Below, one piece after another: positions 26,957-36,489 of a DNA stretch of 64,000 nucleotides. A model generated the notes under the pieces. That model saw only the letters and a list, made by a program, of their open reading frames with translations, was not told the DNA's origin and made no database searches. A program made the translations under genes and the position numbers. The stretch is from Erythrobacter sp. GTDB lineage: Bacteria > Pseudomonadota > Alphaproteobacteria > Sphingomonadales > Sphingomonadaceae. Location of the stretch: assembly GCA_046296155.1 (NCBI GenBank), contig JBKBLW010000006.1, positions 46,230-110,229 on the forward strand, given 5' to 3'. Position 1 is the first letter of the stretch; each line of letters starts with the position of its first letter.

Positions 26957-27117
26957 TCTGCTTTTCGCTCGCCCCTCCGGGCGAGCGTCCTCGCTGCGTT
27001 TCGCACTTCGTGCGAGCAGCTGCGGGCGGCCGGTCGGCCTTGCGGCCCTCACGGGCCGGGACAGCGCTTACTTAAATATCGGGATGCCCGGGGTGGTCAC
27101 GCCTCGGGCGTTTTTCT

Positions 27118-27831
27118 ATGGGGCCGCGCATGACTGCTTTCAAACCCGGCGACCCGACCACCCTGAACCGCCTCTATGGCCGCTCTGTCGGCAAGAAGCT
27201 GCGTCAGCATCAGCAATCGCTCGTCGACAATCTCCTGCCCCAGATCGCGGTGCCTGCAGAAGGCCCCGTCACCGCCGAACGACTGTTCGGCGATTCGCGC
27301 CCGCTTCACTTCGAGATCGGGTTCGGCGGGGGCGAACATCTCGCCTACCGCGCTGATCTTTTGCCCGATCACGGCTTTATCGGGGCAGAGCCTTTCCTCA
27401 ATGGCGTGGCGCAGGCGCTCACCCATATCGAAGAGCAGCGCCTTGCCAATATCCGCATCCATCATGGCGATGCCTTGGAAGTGCTCGCCCGCGTGCCCGA
27501 CGGCGCGCTGACGATGCTCTACCTGCTCCACCCCGACCCATGGCCCAAGGCGCGCCATGCCAAGCGGCGGATGATGAATGATGGCCCGGTAGCGATGTTT
27601 GCCGACAAGCTGAAGCCCGGCGGCGAGTTGCGCTTCGGCACGGATCACGCGGTCTATCTGCGCCACGCGCTGATGGTGATGCAGCGCCACAGGGACAGGT
27701 TCGAATGGGTCGTCGAAAAGCCGGCCGATTGGCAGGTGCGCCCCTCAGGCTGGCCCGAAACCCGCTATGAACACAAGGCGCGCACGGTGTACGGGCATGA
27801 GGTGTGGTATTTCCGCTTCAGGCGGAAATAG
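27118..27831 (+). CDS. trmB: tRNA (guanine46-N7)-methyltransferase
   Basis: FEIGFGGGEHL, GAEPFLNGV, and LHPDPWPKARHAKRR motifs. The start could also be the ATG at 27130. Confidence 0.9.
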   Translation: MGPRMTAFKPGDPTTLNRLYGRSVGKKLRQHQQSLVDNLLPQIAVPAEGPVTAERLFGDSRPLHFEIGFGGGEHLAYRADLLPDHGFIGAEPFLNGVAQALTHIEEQRLANIRIHHGDALEVLARVPDGALTMLYLLHPDPWPKARHAKRRMMNDGPVAMFADKLKPGGELRFGTDHAVYLRHALMVMQRHRDRFEWVVEKPADWQVRPSGWPETRYEHKARTVYGHEVWYFRFRRK

Positions 27832-28216
27832 CACCCCGCCCCGCCCGCCACCACGGCATGAGGGCAAAGGCGATCTGCCCGGCAAGGCCCAGCTGCGCGT
27901 GGAAGGCGGCAAACCCGCCGAGCCATTCACCCGGCGATTTCCCCATCAATCCCATCGCCAGGGCGAGCTCTGCTGCCATCAGCAGGGCAAAGGCGAGCGC
28001 GCCCATCTTCAGCGCCGCACCCGCCGTCACAAGTGCAAAGCGGCGCACCAGCAAGCCAGCCGCCCACCAGCTTGCTGCCAACATGATCGGCAATTCCATA
28101 ATCGTTGCCGCCGTGACGCCGACAGCGGGTGCGAGCCACAGCGTGCGCAGCGTGCCGAGCACAAATCCGAGCGCGAACACCACCGCCCAATAGGCGCTGG
28201 CGGCGCGCAGCACCAT
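27818..28216 (-). CDS. Small integral membrane protein, unknown function
   Basis: 132 aa with four hydrophobic helices. Its ATG overlaps the maeB stop (TAATG). Its 3' end overlaps the trmB 3' end by 14 nt (convergent). Confidence 0.55.
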   Translation of the reverse strand: MVLRAASAYWAVVFALGFVLGTLRTLWLAPAVGVTAATIMELPIMLAASWWAAGLLVRRFALVTAGAALKMGALAFALLMAAELALAMGLMGKSPGEWLGGFAAFHAQLGLAGQIAFALMPWWRAGRGAISA

Positions 28217-30477
28217 TACCCCACCACGCCCGCGCTGGTCAGCACGGCCAGCGTCAGCACATCGGGCGCAAGCGCGGTCATCGGCACGATCTGGACCGGC
28301 TTTTCCATCCCGATCAGCATCGGCCCGACAGTCGCATTGCTGCCCAGCTCGCGCAGCAGCTTGGCTGAAAGGTTGGCGGATTGCAGCCCCGGCATGATCA
28401 GCACATTGGCCGGGCCCGACAGGCGGCTGAAGGGATAGAGCGCCATCACCTTGGGATTGAGCGCGGCATCGGGCGCCATTTCGCCTTCATATTCGAAGTT
28501 CTGCTCCTCGCGATCGAGGATCGCCACTGCCTCGCGGATATTGGCAAGCCACTGGCCCGGAGGGTTGCCGAAGGTCGAATAGGACAGGAACGCCACGCGC
28601 GGTTCATGCCCCATGCGGCGCGCAACCGCGGCGGTTTCCTTGGCGATATGAGCGAGCTCTTGGGCGCTCGGACGCTCGTTGATGGTGGTATCGGCAAGAA
28701 AGGTGGTGTGATGCTTGCCGATCATCATGTGGATGCCGAAAGGCAGCGCGCCGGGCTTTTTATCAAGCACCATGTTCACCTCGCGCACGCTCTGGGCAAA
28801 GGTGCGGGTCATGCCGGTGATCATCCCGTCGCCATGCCCCAATGCCACGAGCAGCGCGGCGAAGACATTGCGCTCCTGGTTCACCAGGCGGCGCACATCG
28901 CGCAAGGTGTGGCCGCGCCGTTGCAGCCGCTTGTAGAGGTAATCGACCATCGCGGGCACATGCTCGCTATCGGCGGAGTTCTCGATGATGAAGCTGCCCG
29001 GATCGCTCACCGACAATTGGTGCAGCTTGTCGAGCACGGCCTTGGTGCGGCCCACCAGAATGGGCGTGCCATAGCCGAAATCGCGAAACTGGATCGCGGC
29101 GCGCAGCACCACTTCTTCCTCGGCCTCGGCAAAGACCATCCGCTTGGGGGTGGATTTGGCGATTTCATATATGCCGGTGAGCACCGAGGTGGTCGGATTG
29201 AGGCGCGAGCGCAGCTGGACGCGGTAGGCATCGAAATCGTCAATCCGCGCGCGGGCAACGCCCGAATCCATCGCCGCCTTGGCCACAGCCGAAGACACCA
29301 CCTCGATCAGGCGCGGGTCGAAGGGCGCCGGGATGATGTAATCCGTGCCGAACTTCTGGTTCTTGCCATAGGCGGATGCCACTTCCTCGGGCACCTGCTG
29401 GCGCGCAAGTTCGGCAATGGCCTTGGCAGCGGCGACTTTCATCTCTTCATTGATGGTGGTCGCCTGCACATCCAATGCGCCGCGGAAGATGAAGGGGAAA
29501 CCCAGCACGTTATTGACCTGGTTGGGAAAATCAGAGCGCCCGGTGGCGATGATCGCATCGGGACGCACGGCCTTGGCTTCATCCGGCATGATTTCGGGCA
29601 CGGGATTGGCCATGGCGAAGATGATCGGCCTGTCGGCCATTTTCTTCACCCATTCGGGCTTCAAGGCGCCCGCTGCCGAGAGGCCGAGAAAGATGTCGGC
29701 GCCCACCAGCGCTTCTTCAAGATTGGTCGCACTGGTGGCAACGGCGTGCGCGCTTTTCCATTGGTCCATGCCGTCCCGGCCTGGCGTAATCGGGCCCGAG
29801 CGGTCGCACATGATGACGTTTTCGTGCTGGACGCCCATCGCCTTGATCAGCGCGGTGCAGGCAATCGCGGCGGCGCCCGCGCCGTTCACCACCACCTTGA
29901 CATCACGGATGTCGCGGCCCGTCAGGTGGCAGGCATTGAGCAGGCCCGCGGCGGTGATGATCGCGGTGCCGTGCTGGTCATCATGCATCACCGGGATTTT
30001 CATCTTCTCGCGCAGCGCGGCTTCGATGATGAAGCATTCGGGCGCCTTGATGTCTTCCAGATTGATGCCGCCGAAGCTCGGTTCCATCAGCGCGACTGCA
30101 TTGATGAAGGCTTCGGGGTCTTCAGTGGCGAGTTCAAGATCGATTGCATCGACATCGGCAAAGCGTTTGAACAGCACCGCCTTGCCTTCCATCACCGGCT
30201 TGGATGCCAGCGCGCCCAAGTTGCCGAGGCCGAGGATCGCGGTGCCATTGGAAATCACCGCCACAAGGTTTGAGCGCGCGGTGTAGCGCGCCGCCAGCGC
30301 AGGATCCGCCGCGATGGCTTCGACCGGGGCTGCCACCCCCGGCGAATAGGCAAGGGAGAGGTCGCGCTGGGTCGTCATCGGCTTGGTCGCGACGATCTCG
30401 AGCTTACCGGGCCGGATCGTCTCGTGGTAGAACAGCGCCTCGCGCGTGGTAAAACCGCTCTTGTTGTCCTCTGCCAT
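28216..30477 (-). CDS. maeB: NADP-dependent malic enzyme (malic enzyme plus PTA-like domain)
   Basis: True start MAEDNKSGFTTREALFYHETIRPGKLEIVATKP (codon 93 of ORF 28216..30753). VVNGAGAAAIA NAD(P) fold. C-terminal phosphotransacetylase-like domain. Confidence 0.93.
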   Translation of the reverse strand: MAEDNKSGFTTREALFYHETIRPGKLEIVATKPMTTQRDLSLAYSPGVAAPVEAIAADPALAARYTARSNLVAVISNGTAILGLGNLGALASKPVMEGKAVLFKRFADVDAIDLELATEDPEAFINAVALMEPSFGGINLEDIKAPECFIIEAALREKMKIPVMHDDQHGTAIITAAGLLNACHLTGRDIRDVKVVVNGAGAAAIACTALIKAMGVQHENVIMCDRSGPITPGRDGMDQWKSAHAVATSATNLEEALVGADIFLGLSAAGALKPEWVKKMADRPIIFAMANPVPEIMPDEAKAVRPDAIIATGRSDFPNQVNNVLGFPFIFRGALDVQATTINEEMKVAAAKAIAELARQQVPEEVASAYGKNQKFGTDYIIPAPFDPRLIEVVSSAVAKAAMDSGVARARIDDFDAYRVQLRSRLNPTTSVLTGIYEIAKSTPKRMVFAEAEEEVVLRAAIQFRDFGYGTPILVGRTKAVLDKLHQLSVSDPGSFIIENSADSEHVPAMVDYLYKRLQRRGHTLRDVRRLVNQERNVFAALLVALGHGDGMITGMTRTFAQSVREVNMVLDKKPGALPFGIHMMIGKHHTTFLADTTINERPSAQELAHIAKETAAVARRMGHEPRVAFLSYSTFGNPPGQWLANIREAVAILDREEQNFEYEGEMAPDAALNPKVMALYPFSRLSGPANVLIMPGLQSANLSAKLLRELGSNATVGPMLIGMEKPVQIVPMTALAPDVLTLAVLTSAGVVG

Positions 30478-30623
30478 GATGTGCGTGTCTTTCCCTGATC
30501 GGCTGGCGGATGATGGTTGCCAAACGCTTAGCTTGGGCAGGCGCAAAGCGATAGGGGCGAGTTTGGGGAAAGCGGCAGCCTGCGCGATGGCGAATCGGGG
30601 GCCAGGCAGGTAGTCCCTGCGCC

Positions 30624-33257
30624 ATGGCTGATGCTGCGCCCTCCAAACCCACGCCGATGATGGCGCAATATCTGCGCCTGCGGGAAGAGGCGGGCGAGGC
30701 GCTGCTGTTCTACCGGATGGGCGATTTCTTCGAGCTGTTCTTCGATGATGCACGCCGCGCCGCGCAGATCCTGGATATCGCGCTCACCACGCGCGGTGAA
30801 CACGGCGGCGCGCCGATCCCGATGTGCGGCGTGCCAGTGCATTCGGCGGAAAGCTACCTTGCGCGCCTCATCAAGGCGGGCTGCCGGGTGGCGATTGCCG
30901 AGCAGGTCGAAACGCCCGACGAAGCGAAAGAACGCGCCAGGCGCGAGGGTATCCCATCGTCCAAGGTGTTGGTGAAGCGCGCCATTGTGCGCCTTGTCAC
31001 CGCCGGCACGCTCACCGAGGAAGCGCTCTTGGAGCCGCGCCGCGCCAATCTGCTGGTGGCGCTCGCTGAAGTGCGCGGGACTATCGGGCTCGCCTCTTGC
31101 GACATTTCGACAGGCGCGATGGTGCTGGAGGAATGCGCGCCGGACTTGCTCGGCGGGAGCCTCGCCCGGCTCGGACCAAGCGAGGTGGTGGTCCCCGAAG
31201 GCTGGGAGCACGGCCCGGAGGAGGCCATTCCTCACACCCGCGCGCGGTTTGCGAGCGATGCCGGGGCGGAGCGATTGCAAGCCCTGCATGGTGTCGCAAC
31301 ACTCGACGGCTTTGGGCAGTTCACCCGTGCCATGCTTGCCGCCGCAGGGGGGCTTGTCGCCTATCTCGACCATGTCGGACGCGGGAACTTGCCACTCCTG
31401 CTTCCGCCTGTAGCGCGCAGCGGTGACGCTGGCCTTGCGATGGATGCGGCCACCCGTACAAGCCTTGAAATCCTCGAAAGCGCAAGCGGCACACGCGCGG
31501 GCAGCCTGATCGGTGCGATTGATCGCTGCGCGACCGGCGCAGGCGCACGGCTGCTCGCTGAAGACTTGTCCGCCCCCCTGACCGACAAGGCGGCTATCGA
31601 AGCGCGGCTCCATCTGGTGCAGTTCTGGCACGCCCGCCCGATTGAGCGCGCCCGGCTGCGCGAGGCGCTGCGGGCGCTCCCCGATATTGGGCGCGCCTTG
31701 GGCCGGGTGGTGGCGGGGCGCGGCTCCCCGCGCGATCTGGGCCAGTTGCGCGATGGGCTGGCCGAAGCGCAGCGGCTCCACAGCTGGCTTTCCGGCGTGC
31801 CGGATCGGCCCGCGCTGCTCGATCAAATCCTTGGGGCACTGACCGGCCACGGCGCGCTTACCGATCACTTTGCGCGCGCGCTGGTTGCCGCCCCGCCCAC
31901 CGAGCGCGGCAATGGCGGCTATATCGCGGCAGGCTTCGACCCGGCGCTGGATGAACTGCGCGCGGCAGCGGGCAATGCCCGCCGGGCGATCGCCGCGATG
32001 GAAGCGCGCTACCGCGAGGAAACCGGCATCGGCGCGTTGAAAATCCGCCATAACGGCGTGCTCGGCTATTTCATCGAAGTGCCCGCGCGCCATGCTGACC
32101 GGCTGATGGCGCCCGACAGCGGCTTCACCCATCGCCAGACGATGAAGGACGCGGTGCGGTTCAATTCGATCACGCTTCACGCCGAGGCAAGCCGGATTGC
32201 CGAGGCAGGCGGCCACGCGCTCGCGACCGAAGAAGCGCACTTTGCCCGGCTGGTGGACGAGGCGATTGCCGCGCGTGAGGCGATCGCGCGCACCGCCGCA
32301 GCGCTTGCCCGGCTCGATGTCGCCGCAGGCAATGCCGAGCGGGCAGCAGAAGGCGACTGGACGCGGCCCCGGATCACCGAGGATACCCAGCTCACCATCA
32401 CCGCCGGGCGACATCCGGTGGTCGAGGCGGCGCTCGCGCAGGCGGGGCAACGCTTCGTGGCCAATGACTGCGCGCTCGCGCCCGATAATCACTTGTGGCT
32501 GATCGGCGGGCCCAACATGGGCGGCAAATCGACCTTCCTGCGGCAAAATGCGCTCATCGTGCTGCTGGCGCAGGCCGGGTGCTTCGTGCCTGCACAGAGC
32601 GCCACCATCGGGCTGGTCGACCGCCTGTTCAGCCGCGTCGGCGCGTCGGACAATCTGGCGCGCGGGCGTTCGACCTTCATGGTCGAGATGGTCGAGACCG
32701 CGGCGATCCTGGCCCAGGCGACCAGCCGCAGTTTTGTCATCCTCGATGAAGTCGGGCGCGGAACCTCGACCTATGATGGCCTGGCATTGGCCTGGGCGGT
32801 GGCCGAAGCGGTGCATTCGCAAATCCGCTGCCGCTGCCTGTTTGCCACGCACTATCACGAACTCGCCCGGCTGGCGGAAACGTGCGAGGCGCTCAGCCTG
32901 CACCATGTCCGCGCGCGCGAATGGCAGGGCGATCTCGTGCTGCTGCACGAGCTTGCCGAGGGGCCGGCCGATCGTTCCTATGGGCTTGCGGTCGCCAAGC
33001 TGGCGGGCCTGCCCGCCCCGGTGATTGCGCGGGCCAAGGCCGTGCTGCAAAAGCTCGAAGCCACCCGCGAGGCAACCGGCGGGATTGCCGCAGGGCTCGG
33101 CGATCTGCCACTGTTTGCCGCCAGCCTCAAGGCCGAGCCCGCGGCCCCCTCGCCCGCTGATGCGCTGGCCGAAAAGCTGCGCGGCACCGATCTGGATGCC
33201 CTTTCGCCGCGCGAGGCGCTCGATCTGCTTTATCAGTGGAAGCGCGCGCTGGACTAG
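30624..33257 (+). CDS. mutS: DNA mismatch repair protein MutS
   Basis: TPMMAQYLRLREEAGEALLFYRMGDFFELFFDDA, Walker A GPNMGGKSTFLRQ, and DEVGRGTSTYDGLALAWA. Confidence 0.97.
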   Translation: MADAAPSKPTPMMAQYLRLREEAGEALLFYRMGDFFELFFDDARRAAQILDIALTTRGEHGGAPIPMCGVPVHSAESYLARLIKAGCRVAIAEQVETPDEAKERARREGIPSSKVLVKRAIVRLVTAGTLTEEALLEPRRANLLVALAEVRGTIGLASCDISTGAMVLEECAPDLLGGSLARLGPSEVVVPEGWEHGPEEAIPHTRARFASDAGAERLQALHGVATLDGFGQFTRAMLAAAGGLVAYLDHVGRGNLPLLLPPVARSGDAGLAMDAATRTSLEILESASGTRAGSLIGAIDRCATGAGARLLAEDLSAPLTDKAAIEARLHLVQFWHARPIERARLREALRALPDIGRALGRVVAGRGSPRDLGQLRDGLAEAQRLHSWLSGVPDRPALLDQILGALTGHGALTDHFARALVAAPPTERGNGGYIAAGFDPALDELRAAAGNARRAIAAMEARYREETGIGALKIRHNGVLGYFIEVPARHADRLMAPDSGFTHRQTMKDAVRFNSITLHAEASRIAEAGGHALATEEAHFARLVDEAIAAREAIARTAAALARLDVAAGNAERAAEGDWTRPRITEDTQLTITAGRHPVVEAALAQAGQRFVANDCALAPDNHLWLIGGPNMGGKSTFLRQNALIVLLAQAGCFVPAQSATIGLVDRLFSRVGASDNLARGRSTFMVEMVETAAILAQATSRSFVILDEVGRGTSTYDGLALAWAVAEAVHSQIRCRCLFATHYHELARLAETCEALSLHHVRAREWQGDLVLLHELAEGPADRSYGLAVAKLAGLPAPVIARAKAVLQKLEATREATGGIAAGLGDLPLFAASLKAEPAAPSPADALAEKLRGTDLDALSPREALDLLYQWKRALD

Positions 33258-33303
33258 ACGCGGCTACCAAACCTTAACCGCCCCTGCTCTAAGGGCCGAC
33301 ATT

Positions 33304-33774
33304 ATGCTTGCATCGATCTTCAAGGACAGCAAATCCGCACTCGCCTTTGCCGCCAGCATTATCGTTTGCGCGCTCTTGCTGATTGGCCCCAAGGACAATG
33401 GCGGCCTGCTTGACCGGACGGTTTCCAGCTACAAGGAAGAGCGCGCCCATATCGTCCAGAATGCCGCGATGACGAGCGCGCAGATGAGCACGCCAAGCGT
33501 GGGCGATTATAAGCCTCAGGCCTCGGGTCTGGAGGAACCGGACAATGGCTTTGAAGCAGCCGCGAGCGCCGCCGCCGAGCCCAAAGTCATCCGGCTTGAT
33601 CCTGTAACCAATCTGCCCATCGGTGAAGTGCCGCCGCCACCCCCGCTCGGGGCCGAAAGCGCGGAAAGCTCGGCAATCTATGCCACGCCCATGACACAAG
33701 TCGCGTCCGAACCCGCTGTGACTCCACGCGAGGCAGTGATCACCTCGCGGATGATCCGGATCGAACCCAAATAA
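33304..33774 (+). CDS. Membrane-anchored hypothetical protein
   Basis: Internal ATG of ORF 33025..33774, downstream of the mutS stop. MLASIFKDSKSALAFAASIIVCALLLIG is a TM anchor. The remainder is low-complexity and Pro-rich. Confidence 0.5.
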   Translation: MLASIFKDSKSALAFAASIIVCALLLIGPKDNGGLLDRTVSSYKEERAHIVQNAAMTSAQMSTPSVGDYKPQASGLEEPDNGFEAAASAAAEPKVIRLDPVTNLPIGEVPPPPPLGAESAESSAIYATPMTQVASEPAVTPREAVITSRMIRIEPK

Positions 33775-34644
33775 TCAGCGCGTCGGCACCGGCACGTCCC
33801 CGGTGTAATCGTAAAAGCCGCGGCCCGTCTTGCGGCCGAGCCAGCCGGCCTCCACATATTTCACCAGCAGCGGGGCAGGGCGATACTTGCTGTCGCGGGT
33901 GGTCTTGTAGAGCACCTTGATGATGTCGAGACAGGTATCGAGCCCGACGAAATCCGCCAGTTGCAGCGGCCCCATCGGGTGATTGAGGCCAAGCCGGCAG
34001 CCCTTGTCGATATCCTCGATCCCCGCGGTCGACTGGCCGAGCACGAACACCGCCTCGTTGATCATCGGCAGAAGGATGCGGTTGACGACAAAGCCGGGTT
34101 CATCCTGCGAAAGCACCACTTCCTTGCCCAGCCCGCGGGCAAAAGCGATGACGCGCTCGGTAGTATCCTGCGACGTAGCAAGACCGGGGATGACTTCAAT
34201 CAGGCCCATCACCGGCACCGGATTGAAGAAATGGAGACCAATGAAGCGGGCAGGGTCAGGCGAGTGGTTCGCCATGCGGGTAATCGGGATCGAGGAGGTG
34301 TTGGAGGCAAGGATCGCATCCTTGCCCAGCACCTTGCTGGCGTTGTCGAAGATCGCGTTCTTGATTTCCTCGCGCTCGGTCGCGGCCTCGATGATGAGGT
34401 CAGCCTCGGCAAAAGGCGCATAATCGGCAACCGGCGTGATCCGGGCGAGCAGGCTTTCCGCCTCGTGTGCTTCCATCTTGCCGCGCCCCATCAGCTTGGC
34501 GAGCGCCTTTTCGATCGTCAGCTTGCCCGCCTCGGCACGGGGCAGGTCAACATCGGCGAGCCATACTTTCATGCCGTGGCCTGCGACAGTCTGGGCAATG
34601 CCCGTTCCCATCTGGCCTGCTCCGATCACGGCGACATTCTGCAT
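33775..34644 (-). CDS. hbd: 3-hydroxybutyryl-CoA / 3-hydroxyacyl-CoA dehydrogenase
   Basis: VAVIGAGQMGTGIA Rossmann motif, SNTSSIPIT, and HFFNPVPVMGLIE. Confidence 0.9.
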   Translation of the reverse strand: MQNVAVIGAGQMGTGIAQTVAGHGMKVWLADVDLPRAEAGKLTIEKALAKLMGRGKMEAHEAESLLARITPVADYAPFAEADLIIEAATEREEIKNAIFDNASKVLGKDAILASNTSSIPITRMANHSPDPARFIGLHFFNPVPVMGLIEVIPGLATSQDTTERVIAFARGLGKEVVLSQDEPGFVVNRILLPMINEAVFVLGQSTAGIEDIDKGCRLGLNHPMGPLQLADFVGLDTCLDIIKVLYKTTRDSKYRPAPLLVKYVEAGWLGRKTGRGFYDYTGDVPVPTR

Positions 34645-34720
34645 GGCAACTCCCTTCGCAAGTGCAGCAATTGGCCGCCGCCCTAGCGAGCGCGACGCGC
34701 AAAAGCCAGCGATTTGCGTA

Positions 34721-35296
34721 TTACCGGTTGGCCCCCGGCACCCACTTCACGTCAGCGCGGCCATCATCATTCGCCACGCGGGCGAGCACGAACAGCAGAT
34801 CGGAGAGACGATTGATATAGGCGAGCGCTGCCGGATTGACCGGCACTTCGGCGGCCAATGCCACCATGGCGCGTTCAGCGGCACGGGTTGCGGCGCGGGC
34901 GACGTGGACACGCCCGGCTGCCTCGCTCCCGCCCGGCAGGACGAAACTGGCAAGCGGTTCAAGCCGTTCGTTGAGCGCATCGATCTGCGCTTCCACCCAC
35001 GCAGCTTGCGAAGGCACCATCCGCAGCACCATCTCGCCCGGTGCGAAATCCCCATCATCTGCTGGGGTCGCCAGATCCGCGCCAAGATCGAACAGATCAT
35101 TCTGGGCCCGCCTCAGCATGGCGGCGAGCGCCGGATCGGCTAGCGCACAGATCGCAAAGCCGATCGCACTGTTGGCTTCATCGACCATGCCGATGGCCGT
35201 GATGCGTGCCGAATGCTTCGCACAGCGCGAACCATCGACAAGGCCCGTGGTCCCATCATCCCCGGTGCGGGTATAGATCTTGTTGAGCTTGACCAT
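34721..35296 (-). CDS. ATP:cob(I)alamin adenosyltransferase, PduO type
   Basis: MVKLNKIYTRTGDDGTTGL is the hallmark PduO/MMAB N-terminus. 191 aa. Confidence 0.88.
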   Translation of the reverse strand: MVKLNKIYTRTGDDGTTGLVDGSRCAKHSARITAIGMVDEANSAIGFAICALADPALAAMLRRAQNDLFDLGADLATPADDGDFAPGEMVLRMVPSQAAWVEAQIDALNERLEPLASFVLPGGSEAAGRVHVARAATRAAERAMVALAAEVPVNPAALAYINRLSDLLFVLARVANDDGRADVKWVPGANR

Positions 35297-35313
35297 CAGA
35301 GCACGCGGCGGGC

Positions 35314-35544
35314 CTAGCGCGAGACAGCCAGAATGATCGCCACCACCACAATGGCGAGCGCCTGATACTTGATACGCGCAAACATCGCCCTGTTCTGTGC
35401 CAGCTGCATGTCGGTCGCAGTCTTGCTCTCGCCGGTTTCAAGATCAATCCTGGTGGTCTTGAGGAAGGCAATGATGCCCTTGATCAGCGAAAAGGCCACC
35501 AGCCCCATGAGGACAAGCAGAACGGGCACGAGGATGTAGATCAT
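35314..35544 (-). CDS. Twin transmembrane helix small protein (HIG1-like)
   Basis: MIYILVPVLLVLMGLVAFSLIKGIIAFL ... QALAIVVVAIILAV gives two TM helices. The internal Met is chosen to avoid overlap with gluQ. Confidence 0.65.
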   Translation of the reverse strand: MIYILVPVLLVLMGLVAFSLIKGIIAFLKTTRIDLETGESKTATDMQLAQNRAMFARIKYQALAIVVVAIILAVSR

Positions 35545-35569
35545 GCTGCTCACAATGGACCTTTGCGCG

Positions 35570-36430
35570 TCAGGTTCCAAGCCTCAAATGCTGCAAGCGC
35601 AGTTGCTCGGCAAGCATCCGTCCATCCTCGCCCGCAAGGCGCCGCTGGGCAAGCGCCGGTGAGCCGCGCCGTTTGGCGAGTTTTTCGCCGGTCTCATCCA
35701 GCAGCAAGCCGTGGTGATGCCAGCGCGGCACCGACAGGCCCAGCAGGGCTTGCAGGGTGCGGTGGATAGGGCTGGCGGCAAACAGATCAGCCCCGCGTGT
35801 CACCAGCGTGACGCCGTCTGCGGCATCATCAAGCGTGACGGCAAGGTGATAGCTGGCGGGTAAGTCCTTCCGCACCAGCACGACATCGCCGAGGCTTGCG
35901 AAATCCACCGGCTGCGCGCCCGCCAGCGCATCTTCCCACACCAGCGGCCCTGTAAGCGCGAGCGCCTTTGCCGCATCGAGCCGCCACGCCGCAGGCAGCG
36001 CCGGATCGGGCGGGCGCGCCTTGCAGGTGCCGGGATAGATCAGCCCCGCAGCACCCTCGAGAGCGCCCGCCTCTTCGATATCCTTGCGGGTGCAGGTGCA
36101 GCGGTAGAGCACGCCCATCGCGCGCAATTGCCCAGCCGCCGCGGCATAACGCGCAAGGCGCGTGGACTGCGCGGGGACTTCCTCCCATGCGAGCCCAAGC
36201 CATGCCAAGTCGCGGCGGAATTCGTCGGCGAGTTCCGGGCGGGATCGCGGCCCGTCGATATCCTCGATCCTGAGCAGGAACCGGCCACCTGCCGCCATCG
36301 CCAGATCATGCGCGATGATCGCGCTCAACGCGTGGCCAAGATGCAGCGGGCCATTGGGGCTGGGGGCAAAGCGCGTGACAATTTCCACGGGAAGAGCCCA
36401 TGCCACAGGAAATATCCTTGCGTCATCCAC
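35570..36430 (-). CDS. gluQ: tRNA glutamyl-Q(34) synthetase
   Basis: RFAPSPNGPLHLGHALSAI (HIGH-type motif). A truncated GluRS-like catalytic domain of 286 aa. GTG start. Confidence 0.88.
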   Translation of the reverse strand: MDDARIFPVAWALPVEIVTRFAPSPNGPLHLGHALSAIIAHDLAMAAGGRFLLRIEDIDGPRSRPELADEFRRDLAWLGLAWEEVPAQSTRLARYAAAAGQLRAMGVLYRCTCTRKDIEEAGALEGAAGLIYPGTCKARPPDPALPAAWRLDAAKALALTGPLVWEDALAGAQPVDFASLGDVVLVRKDLPASYHLAVTLDDAADGVTLVTRGADLFAASPIHRTLQALLGLSVPRWHHHGLLLDETGEKLAKRRGSPALAQRRLAGEDGRMLAEQLRLQHLRLGT

Positions 36431-36459
36431 AAGCTATCCACAGCCCCATCCTGTGGATA
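36423..36459. promoter_or_regulatory. Cluster of three DnaA-box-like 9-mers, two as a perfect inverted pair
   Basis: TCATCCACA (36423-36431). TATCCACAG (36435-36443) and CTGTGGATA (36451-36459) form a 9-bp inverted repeat separated by 7 nt. The consensus DnaA box is TTATCCACA. Confidence 0.4.
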
Positions 36460-36489
36460 TCGCGGCTGTCACGGCTTTGACTCTTTGGC

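Noticed and set aside
27097-27115. The hairpin ACGCC-tcg-GGCGT plus T5 as a ctrA terminator.
   Set aside because: It ends 3 nt before the trmB start codon, leaving no room for a trmB promoter. The stem is only 5 bp. It is more likely part of the GC-rich hairpin-rich spacer or the trmB leader.
30478-30753. A 92-codon N-terminal extension of the maeB ORF. Similar extensions occur for dnaB (49840..51075), the Sel1 protein (52428..52667), M14 (47973..48128), cdd (49688..49810) and comM (41770..41844).
   Set aside because: The extensions have Arg/Pro-rich composition and overlap neighbouring genes or promoters. Conserved N-termini begin at the internal Met. For several genes, the internal start creates an ATGA overlap with the upstream gene.
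30528-33050. An 840-aa ORF on the minus strand. Similar very long ORFs include 1494..3413 +, 12653..13588 -, 13768..15108 -, 15228..16484 +, 28381..30273 +, 41839..43149 -, 57839..59290 + and 62126..63541 -.
   Set aside because: Each lies antisense to, or out of frame with, a gene that has unmistakable conserved motifs (mutS, the DUF305 protein, scoB, caiB-like, metK, maeB, comM, ftsH, the adaptor). Their translations are Arg/Ala/Gly/Pro-rich with no motifs. Stop-codon-poor shadow frames are expected at about 65% GC.
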